Source of the DNA: an uncultured Verrucomicrobiota bacterium
Lineage (GTDB): Bacteria > Verrucomicrobiota > Kiritimatiellia > RFP12 > UBA1067
DNA length: 64,000 bases
NCBI GenBank assembly: GCA_946610035.1
Contig: CAMOCC010000002.1
Location: 4,254 to 68,253, forward strand
Direction: 5' to 3'
The notes below the pieces were generated by a model. That model did not search any database and had not been told where the DNA came from. It saw nothing but the letters and a program-made list of their open reading frames with translations. The first letter of the stretch is position 1. Every line of letters begins with the position of its first letter. The translations under genes were made by a program, and so were the position numbers. Below, piece by piece: positions 1-6,781 of this stretch.

Positions 1-515
1 AGCAGGTGGAGGTCGTCCGCGTCTGCACCCGCGCACCGTGCACGAATCCGAAGCGCATCACGAAGCGCCTCGCGAAGCGCCTTGCGAAGAGCCGCAAGGT
101 CTGGGTCAACACGCAGTTCAACTGCGCGGACGAGGTGACGCCGGATGCGCGCGAGGCCGCGGCGCGGCTCGTCGGGCGCGGCATCCCCGTTAGCTGCCAG
201 ACGGTCCTGCTGAGGGGCGTCAACGACTCCGCGGACGAGATGCTGCGGCTCCTGCGCGCGCTTTCGTCCGCGCGGATACGCCCCTACTACGTCTTCATGT
301 GCGACCCGGTTGCGGGGATCGGACGGTTCCGCGTGCCGCTCCGGCGCGCGCTGGAGATCGAGCGCGCCTGCGCGGAGGCGATAGGGGGGCTCTCCATGCC
401 GAGGTTCGTGGCGGACTTGCCGGGCGCCGGGAGGAAGGTTCCGATAAGCGAGCTTGAGGAGACTGCGGACGGCCGTCTGCGGGCTTGCAACCGGACGGGC
501 GGTTTGCTAAACTGA
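1..515 (+). CDS. KamA-family radical-SAM aminomutase (lysine 2,3-aminomutase-like), C-terminal part; 5' end lies outside the window
   Basis: Translation VNTQFNCADEVT...GIPVSCQTVLLRGVNDS...IRPYYVFMCDPVAGIGRFRV...ADLPGAGRKVPI fits the conserved C-terminal half of KamA/EpmB-type enzymes. The frame is open to the window edge. Confidence 0.75.
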   Translation, partial: QVEVVRVCTRAPCTNPKRITKRLAKRLAKSRKVWVNTQFNCADEVTPDAREAAARLVGRGIPVSCQTVLLRGVNDSADEMLRLLRALSSARIRPYYVFMCDPVAGIGRFRVPLRRALEIERACAEAIGGLSMPRFVADLPGAGRKVPISELEETADGRLRACNRTGGLLN

Positions 516-521
516 AGGAAT

Positions 522-755
522 ATGGACTCAACATACGAAGATAGGTCGCGCGAGTTCCTCGCGCAGCTGGCGGACGTCCTGGAGGTCGCCTCGATAGCTC
601 CTGACGCCGACTACCGCGAGACGCCGCTGTGGGGGTCTCTCACGGCGTTCGCGCTGAAGGTCATGATTTCGCAGTGCTTCGGACGCGAGGTCCCGCTGAG
701 GGACCTCGCCGGGTTCGCGACTGCCGGGGCGCTCATGGAAAGGGTGCTGGGATGA
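522..755 (+). CDS. small acyl/peptidyl carrier protein-like protein (77 aa)
   Basis: Size and helix pattern fit a carrier protein. Candidate phosphopantetheine serine in PLWGSLTAFAL. Stop overlaps the next start (ATGA). Confidence 0.5.
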   Translation: MDSTYEDRSREFLAQLADVLEVASIAPDADYRETPLWGSLTAFALKVMISQCFGREVPLRDLAGFATAGALMERVLG

Positions 756-1384
756 AGCACCTCCTGATAATCGGCGCGGGCGGGTTCGGACGCGAGGCGT
801 TCGCCATGGCGGGCGAGTCGGCGGGCTACGGCACGGAATTCGACGTGAAGGGCTTCCTCGACGCGCGCGCGGACGCGCTCGACGGCTTCGCGGGGTATCC
901 GCCCGTCGTCGGGGACCCGGCGACCTACGTGCCGGAGGCGGACGACGTGTTCATCACCGCGCTGGGCAGCGTGAGGGCGCGCAAGCGGTGCGCCGAGGCC
1001 GTGGAGGCGAAGGGCGGGCGGTTCGTCTCGCTCGTCCACAAGTCCGTCTTCATGGGACCGAACGTGACGATAGGCGACGGATGCTACATCGCGCCCGGCG
1101 TGTCGCTCACGGCCGACGTCGCGGTTGGACGCCATGCGGACGTCTTCCACAACGCGTCCGTCGGCCACGACTCGATCCTCGGCGACTTCTCCCACGTCTA
1201 CGCGCAGTGCGCGATAGGCGGGGGCGTGAGGCTCGGCGAGGGCGCGCAGGTCTATCCGGGCGCGGTCGTGACGCCGAGGCGGACGGTGGGCGCATACGCA
1301 GTCGTCGGCGCGGGGTCCGTCGCGTTCCTGGACGTGCCGGACGGGGTTACGGTGCACGGGAACCCCGCCGCGCCGGTCGAATGA
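752..1384 (+). CDS. NeuD/PglD-family left-handed beta-helix (hexapeptide) acyltransferase
   Basis: N-terminal LLIIGAGGFGRE Rossmann-like motif followed by hexapeptide repeats (IGDGCYIAPGVSL.., VGRHADVFHNASVGHDS.., IGGGVRLGEGAQV..). I place the start at the internal ATG at 752, within track ORF 629..1384. Confidence 0.75.
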   Translation: MKHLLIIGAGGFGREAFAMAGESAGYGTEFDVKGFLDARADALDGFAGYPPVVGDPATYVPEADDVFITALGSVRARKRCAEAVEAKGGRFVSLVHKSVFMGPNVTIGDGCYIAPGVSLTADVAVGRHADVFHNASVGHDSILGDFSHVYAQCAIGGGVRLGEGAQVYPGAVVTPRRTVGAYAVVGAGSVAFLDVPDGVTVHGNPAAPVE

Positions 1385-1420
1385 GTCCGTCCGCCCCTCC
1401 ACTTTTTTCTCACTCCGCTA

Positions 1421-1449
1421 TTGCCTAATCGCCCTCAAAATTGTATAAT
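1421..1449 (+). promoter_or_regulatory. sigma70-type promoter TTGCCT-N17-TATAAT upstream of pyrH
   Basis: TTGCCT at 1421-1426 and TATAAT at 1444-1449, with a 17-nt spacer. The TTG start of track ORF 1421 lies inside the -35 box. Confidence 0.5.
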
Positions 1450-1456
1450 CTACATT

Positions 1457-2182
1457 GTGAATAGAAAAAACAAGGTGAAGTACGGCAGGATACTGCTGAA
1501 GCTTTCGGGCGAAGTCCTCGGCAACCGGGAGACCGGCGAGTGCATCGACCCGAAGAATCTTGCTTTCATGGCCGAAAGGGTCAAGAAGATACACAAGATG
1601 GGCGTCCAGGTCGGCATCGTCCTCGGCGGCGGCAACATCTTCCGCGGGCTCACGGGCGCGGGGAAGGGCGTCGATCGCGTCACAGGCGACTCGATGGGCA
1701 TGCTCGCGACGGTCATCAACGCGCTCGCGATGATGAACGCGCTCGAGACGATCGGCGTCCCGACGCGCGTGATGACGGCCTTCGCCATCGACAAGATCGC
1801 CGAGCCGTTCGTTCAGCGCAAGGCGCTGCGCCACTTCGAGAAGGGGCGCGTCGTGATCTTCGCCGGCGGCACCGGGAACCCCTACTTCTCGACAGACTCC
1901 GCCGCGGCGCTCAGGGCGAGCGAGATCGGCGCCGGGGCGCTTCTCAAGGCGACGAAGGTCGACGGGATCTACACGGCCGACCCGAAGAAGGACCCGAAGG
2001 CGAAGAAGTATTCGACGCTCAAGTACGAGACGGCGCTCGAGAAGCGGCTCAAGGTCATGGACTCCGCCGCGTTCGCGCTTTGCATGGACAACGAGATCCC
2101 GATCGTCGTGTTCGACTTCTTCGACGGCGACGCGCTCGAGCGCGTCGTGAAGGGAGAGGCGGTGGGGACCATAGTGAGTTAA
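1457..2182 (+). CDS. pyrH: UMP kinase
   Basis: KYGRILLKLSGEVL...GGGNIFRG...MLATVINALA...FAGGTGNPYFSTDSAAALRA is the classic PyrH pattern. Start uncertain: GTG 1457 (7 nt after the -10) or GTG 1475. Confidence 0.9.
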   Translation: MNRKNKVKYGRILLKLSGEVLGNRETGECIDPKNLAFMAERVKKIHKMGVQVGIVLGGGNIFRGLTGAGKGVDRVTGDSMGMLATVINALAMMNALETIGVPTRVMTAFAIDKIAEPFVQRKALRHFEKGRVVIFAGGTGNPYFSTDSAAALRASEIGAGALLKATKVDGIYTADPKKDPKAKKYSTLKYETALEKRLKVMDSAAFALCMDNEIPIVVFDFFDGDALERVVKGEAVGTIVS

Positions 2183-2210
2183 GAGTTAGGAGTTGGGAGT
2201 TAAAAGTTAA
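2176..2210. repeat. five tandem heptamers GAGTTRR starting at the pyrH stop codon
   Basis: gagttaa gagttag gagttgg gagttaa aagttaa read directly from the sequence. It is an AT-rich island in GC-rich DNA. Confidence 0.8.
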
Positions 2211-2257
2211 GGGCGAGAGCCTTGATCGAAAAGTCTTGAAAACAAGAGGAACCAAAA

Positions 2258-2821
2258 ATGGAAACAGTCAGTGAAGTCTTGAACGATGCGAACGCCAAGA
2301 TCCAGAAGAGCTTCGACGCCTTGAAGCAGCAGTTCGCGGGATTGAGGACGGGCAAGGCGAACCCGGCGATGGTCGACCAGATCAAGGTCGACTACTACGG
2401 CTGCCCGACGCCGATCAAGAACCTCGGCACGATTTCAACGCCCGAGGCGCGTCAGATCAAGATCACCCCGTTCGATCCGACGGTCCTCGCCGAGATGAAC
2501 AAGGCGATCCTCGCCGCGAACCTCGGTGTCACGCCGCAGACCGACGGGAAGGTCCTGCGCATCACGGTTCCCGAGCTCAACGAGGAGCGCCGCAAGGAGA
2601 TCGTCAAGGTCGCGAAGACGCAGGCGGAGGCCCAGAAGGTCGCCATGCGCAACGTCCGCCGCGATGCGAACGACGCCGCGAAGAAGCTCGAGAAGGACAA
2701 GAAGATCTCCGAGGACGACCTCAAGTCGGCCCTGGACAAGATCCAGAAGGCGACTGACGCCGGCATCGCGAAGATCGACGCCGAGCTGAAGGCCAAGGAG
2801 TCCGAGGTGATGGCGGTCTAA
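2258..2821 (+). CDS. frr: ribosome recycling factor
   Basis: Full-length RRF-like translation (..LRTGKANPAMVDQIKVDYYG..ITVPELNEERRKE..) in the canonical pyrH-frr order. Confidence 0.92.
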   Translation: METVSEVLNDANAKIQKSFDALKQQFAGLRTGKANPAMVDQIKVDYYGCPTPIKNLGTISTPEARQIKITPFDPTVLAEMNKAILAANLGVTPQTDGKVLRITVPELNEERRKEIVKVAKTQAEAQKVAMRNVRRDANDAAKKLEKDKKISEDDLKSALDKIQKATDAGIAKIDAELKAKESEVMAV

Positions 2822-2864
2822 GGCCCTTCAACCGCGAACCATTTTCACGACAAGGAGGAAGACG

Positions 2865-3707
2865 ATGGCAGAAGAGAATCTGAGCCCTATCAGCGCACCG
2901 AAACCGCCGGCGGTGAATCCGCTCGGCGCGGCCACCTCGGCGCACGCGTCCACGCTTAAGCTGAAGCCGGTCATCCGCAAGCCCACCCTGGGCGGCGCGA
3001 AGCCGGGCGTCAATCCCGGGTTGAAGCTGCCCACGCAGGTGGGCGTCCCGAAGCCCGCCGCCCCGGCCGCGCCGGACTCGATGGAGCAGCTGAAGTCCGT
3101 CACCCAGAAGCTGAAGGGCGTCACCCAGCAGATTCCCCAGCAGGCGATTCTCCACAAGACGGGCATCATTGCGGACCAGAGCCTGACCGACGCACAGAAG
3201 CAGGCGTCGAAGTCCAGGACCGCGCGCATTTCGCTTTCGGACGCGATCGGCGTCGCCCCCGTGCAGAACGAGGCAGCCCCGATGAAGACGATCCGCATCA
3301 AGCGCCCCGTCGACCTCCAGGCGCCCGCACCCGAGCCGGCCCCGGCCGAGCCCGCGGCGGCGGAGTCGGCAGCGGCGACGATCACCCAGCGCAAGACGCT
3401 GAAGATCGCCCGCCCCGGCGGCGGAGTGCGTCCGACGGGCAAGTTCGGCGTCAAGAAGCCGGGCGCCGCGCCCGAACCCGAGGCCGCCGCAACCGCAGAG
3501 GGCGGAGAAGTCGCGGACATCCCGGATGTCGCGGACGTGCCTGCGGCGGCGCCTGTCGCGGCGCTTCCCGAGCCTGCGGCCAATACCGTGGCGGACGTCC
3601 CCGCCGGGCTTGCCGTCTTCGATCTGATCCTCCAGATCGCGGCGTGCATCGGCATCGGATTCCTCGGCTACCTCCTCTACACCGACTTCGAGACTCTTTG
3701 GTTCTAA
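2865..3707 (+). CDS. hypothetical Pro/Ala-rich, low-complexity protein with a single C-terminal transmembrane anchor
   Basis: SD aaggagg lies upstream. C-terminal helix is VFDLILQIAACIGIGFLGYLLY. Three basic motifs: LKLKPVIRKP, KTIRIKRP, KTLKIARP. Confidence 0.6.
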   Translation: MAEENLSPISAPKPPAVNPLGAATSAHASTLKLKPVIRKPTLGGAKPGVNPGLKLPTQVGVPKPAAPAAPDSMEQLKSVTQKLKGVTQQIPQQAILHKTGIIADQSLTDAQKQASKSRTARISLSDAIGVAPVQNEAAPMKTIRIKRPVDLQAPAPEPAPAEPAAAESAAATITQRKTLKIARPGGGVRPTGKFGVKKPGAAPEPEAAATAEGGEVADIPDVADVPAAAPVAALPEPAANTVADVPAGLAVFDLILQIAACIGIGFLGYLLYTDFETLWF

Positions 3708-3714
3708 TGCGGAA

Positions 3715-4647
3715 ATGAGGAGCTGGTGGGCCATCGTCCGCGCGACGACGCTTGAAATGACGTCGGAACCGTTGGCGCTGCTCATCACACTGAGTGCGGC
3801 GGCGATGGTTTCAATCGCCGCCGCCTTCCATTTGCACCAGTTCGGCGAGCCTTCGCGCATGGCGCGCGAGGCGGGGCTCTCCGCGCTGCTCGTCTTCGGA
3901 CTCGCCTACGCCGTGTTCTGCACGATTCGCGTCTTCAGGCGCGAGATCGAGTCCGGGACGGCCCAGATGGCCCTCTCCCATCCCGTCTCCCGCGCGGGGT
4001 TCTTCCTGTCCAAGGTCGCAGGCGCGGTCGGCGCGTACCTCGTGTTCGCCGTGACGACCGGATGCGTCGTCTTGGTCACGACGATCGGGGCGGAGACCGG
4101 CGGACTCATCGCGGCGGTGAAGGGCGACATCCCGCTTGTCTGGGGGCCCGCCATCGCGCTCGACACCGCCGTGATGATACTGCCGCTCGCAGTGGCGGCG
4201 GCGCTCAACAGGTTCGCCTCCCGCCGCTTCACCGTCAACGCCGTCCGCATCGCCTTTCTCCTCGCGCCCGTTGCGCTGGCAATCGCGGCGGTCGCGGCGC
4301 GCATGTTCTGCGCGTCGGCCTTCCCCAATGCGGCGTACGACGTACTCGCATCGGCGCGGCGGCTCGTCCCCGCGCTCGTCGCGGTCGTCCTCCCCGCGCC
4401 AGTCTTCGCAACTGCCGCGGCCGCGTTCGCCGTCCGCTTCAAGGGCAACGCCGCCGCCTCCCTTTCCGCGGCGCTTTTCGCCGTCTCGCTCCCTGCGCTT
4501 TCCGGGTACTACCTTTCGGACGCCCTGGCGAAGGGCGGTTCCCCTTCGTGGGGGTACGTCGCCGTCGCCGCCGCTGCGACGCTGCCGTTCCTCGCTGCGT
4601 TCGCGGTGCTGGGCATATCGCTTTTCGGGGACCGCGACGTGGGGTGA
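3715..4647 (+). CDS. ABC-2 family transporter permease
   Basis: Multi-pass membrane protein carrying the EIESGTAQMALSHPVSRAGFFLSK motif typical of ABC-2 permeases. Confidence 0.65.
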   Translation: MRSWWAIVRATTLEMTSEPLALLITLSAAAMVSIAAAFHLHQFGEPSRMAREAGLSALLVFGLAYAVFCTIRVFRREIESGTAQMALSHPVSRAGFFLSKVAGAVGAYLVFAVTTGCVVLVTTIGAETGGLIAAVKGDIPLVWGPAIALDTAVMILPLAVAAALNRFASRRFTVNAVRIAFLLAPVALAIAAVAARMFCASAFPNAAYDVLASARRLVPALVAVVLPAPVFATAAAAFAVRFKGNAAASLSAALFAVSLPALSGYYLSDALAKGGSPSWGYVAVAAAATLPFLAAFAVLGISLFGDRDVG

Positions 4648-4650
4648 AGT

Positions 4651-5403
4651 ATGAACGTAGTCGAAATCAAGGGTGTAAGGAAGACTTTCACGGACTTCTG
4701 GCTCAGGCCGACGGTCAAGGCCGTCGACGGACTCGACCTCGCCGTCGGCGGGGGCGAGGTGTTCGGTCTGCTGGGTCCGAACGGCAGCGGCAAGTCCACG
4801 ACGATAAAGATGATCCTCGGACTGGTCAGGCCGTCCGAGGGGTCCGTAAGCCTCTTCGGCCACGACCCTTCGTCCGTGGAGGCCCGCCGACGCCTCGGCT
4901 ACCTCCCCGAGCTGAGCTACCTGCATCCGTTCCTCACTGCGAGGGAGACGCTCCTGTACTACGCGGGGCTTTGCGGGCTCGACCGCCGGACCTCCCGATC
5001 GCGCGCGGCGGAGCTTCTGGAGATGACGGGGATGGCCGACGTCGCGGACCGCGCGGTCGGAGGGTTCTCGAAGGGAATGTCCCGCCGGATCGCGCTCGCC
5101 AGCTCCCTCATCGGCAAGCCCGAGCTGCTCGTACTTGACGAGCCGACGAGCGGACTCGACCCCGTTTCGACGAACGAGGTGAAGACGCTCGTCAAGACGC
5201 TCGCCGCAGGCGGCATGACGATACTCATGACGTCACATCTCCTTGCGGACGCCGAGGACGTCTGCGACAGGGTGGCGATCCTCAACCACGGGAGGAAGGT
5301 CGCAGAGGGGAAGATCGGGGAGATCGGCACGTCGCTTGAGAAGTTCTTCCTCGCCAAGGTCGGCGAGGGACGTGATTTCAAGGTCGCGGAGTTCCTGAAG
5401 TGA
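4651..5403 (+). CDS. ABC transporter ATP-binding protein
   Basis: Walker A GPNGSGKST, signature-like FSKGMSRR, Walker B LLVLDEPTSGLD. Confidence 0.88.
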   Translation: MNVVEIKGVRKTFTDFWLRPTVKAVDGLDLAVGGGEVFGLLGPNGSGKSTTIKMILGLVRPSEGSVSLFGHDPSSVEARRRLGYLPELSYLHPFLTARETLLYYAGLCGLDRRTSRSRAAELLEMTGMADVADRAVGGFSKGMSRRIALASSLIGKPELLVLDEPTSGLDPVSTNEVKTLVKTLAAGGMTILMTSHLLADAEDVCDRVAILNHGRKVAEGKIGEIGTSLEKFFLAKVGEGRDFKVAEFLK

Positions 5404-6665
5404 AGGCGTTCTGGGAGATATTCCGCCTCGAATGGCGCGCGCTCGTCCGCTCCAGGGCGTTCGCGCTGATGCTCGTTGCGTCCGTCGCGTGGATGTTCGC
5501 CGTCCCCCATCTCGTCAAGGACGACGGTACGGCGGCCGGCGCGTTTGAACTGAACGTCCGCTACTCCATCGGCGTTGTGTTCGCCCTCGTCCTCGTGTCG
5601 CTCGCATCGTCCGCCGCGGGCTCGCTCTCCAAGGAGCGCGAGGCCAAGAGGCTCCAGCTCACGCTCGTGCGGCCCGTGCGTCATTTCGTCGTCGCGCTCG
5701 CACGGATGTTCGCGCTCGTGTCCGCCGGCGCGGCGATCCTCGGAGTGTCGTCCGCGGTCCTCGTGGCGCAGGTCGGCGGCGGGCGGGCGTGCGACCACGT
5801 CCTCGCGCCGGTGATGGAGTCGCCGAAGGCCGAGGCGGACCGCCTGTTCGACGAGTACATGGAGAAGTACCCGGACTTCAGGGAGAAGGTTGAGTCGCAG
5901 GGCGAGCGCGAGGTGAAGCTCTACCTCGTGCAATATGTGAAGGACCAGCTCCAGACGGTCGCGACCAACGCGACGGCAAGCTGGAGGTTTGACCTAAAGT
6001 CCGTCCCGCAGGATGCGGAAATGGCCGTGAGGGTGCGGGTGACGGACCTCTACGGACGTCTGAAGCACGTAGGCGGAGAGTTCTCGCTGGGCGGGCTCAA
6101 GGGCGTGCTTTCGCACATAAACAAGATGATCGTAAGGGTTCCGCTGGAAGGGGAATCGAATTCGGACGGCGAAGAACTCGTCTTCAGGAACGGGGGCGAG
6201 GCGTCCGTTACAATCAATCCGCGCAAGGACCTCAACCTCCTCGTGCGGGCGGACAACTTCGCATGGAACGCCTTCAGGGCGTGGCTCGAGTTGACGTCCG
6301 TCCTCTCGCTCATCGTCGCCGTCGCCGTCTTCCTCGGGGCGGCTCTCGGGAGGAGCGTCGCCGTCTTCTCAGTCGTCGCGATGCTCGTCGTCATGGTGGT
6401 CAGTCCGAGCGTGCTGGAGGACTATCCCGATCCGACGACGATGAACCGCGTGGACAGGATGAGCCTTGCGCTCACCGAGGCCGCGGCGCGCGTGACGGCG
6501 CCGTTCAGCGTGTACAGCCCCGTGTCCGCGCTCGAAAGCGACTCGTGCGTCGAGCGCGCCGAGGCGCTGGAGGCCGTCGGCGTGAACGTCGTCCTCCTGC
6601 CGCTCGTCTTCGCGCTTCTTTCGGGACTCGTCATGTCGCGCAAAAGCGACCTCGTCTCCGGCTGA
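5400..6665 (+). CDS. ABC-2-like membrane protein with a large extracytoplasmic loop
   Basis: GTGA overlap with the ATPase gene. N-terminal TM helices plus a KEREAKRLQLTLVRPVRH motif, then a ~170-aa soluble insert and C-terminal TM helices. Confidence 0.55.
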   Translation: MKAFWEIFRLEWRALVRSRAFALMLVASVAWMFAVPHLVKDDGTAAGAFELNVRYSIGVVFALVLVSLASSAAGSLSKEREAKRLQLTLVRPVRHFVVALARMFALVSAGAAILGVSSAVLVAQVGGGRACDHVLAPVMESPKAEADRLFDEYMEKYPDFREKVESQGEREVKLYLVQYVKDQLQTVATNATASWRFDLKSVPQDAEMAVRVRVTDLYGRLKHVGGEFSLGGLKGVLSHINKMIVRVPLEGESNSDGEELVFRNGGEASVTINPRKDLNLLVRADNFAWNAFRAWLELTSVLSLIVAVAVFLGAALGRSVAVFSVVAMLVVMVVSPSVLEDYPDPTTMNRVDRMSLALTEAAARVTAPFSVYSPVSALESDSCVERAEALEAVGVNVVLLPLVFALLSGLVMSRKSDLVSG

Positions 6666-6736
6666 CGGGCCGGGGTGCGTGGTGGACTGCGCAGATGCGC
6701 CCGGCAATTTTCCTATAGCCAAATACGTCTTTTTTA

Positions 6737-6745
6737 TGCTATAAT
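6737..6745 (+). promoter_or_regulatory. extended -10 element TGCTATAAT upstream of the hybrid kinase gene
   Basis: Read directly. It sits 37 nt upstream of ATG 6782 and 58 nt upstream of the alternative GTG 6803. Confidence 0.4.
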
Positions 6746-6781
6746 ACCATCAACCTAAGAACTAAGCATCTAGCTCTTTGC

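Noticed and set aside
611-1402. 263-aa minus-strand ORF opposite the carrier-protein and acyltransferase genes. Many similar long antisense or off-frame ORFs exist in the track, e.g. 2721-3860(-), 3811-4926(-), 9175-11091(-), 11531-13288(-), 14380-16263(-), 27647-29632(-), 46784-48832(-), 47976-49637(-), 50278-52179(-) and 61660-62679(-).
   Set aside because: They are Arg/Pro/Gly/Ala-rich translations with no recognisable motifs, lying opposite or overlapping ORFs with clear family signatures. These are the typical shadow ORFs of GC-rich DNA.
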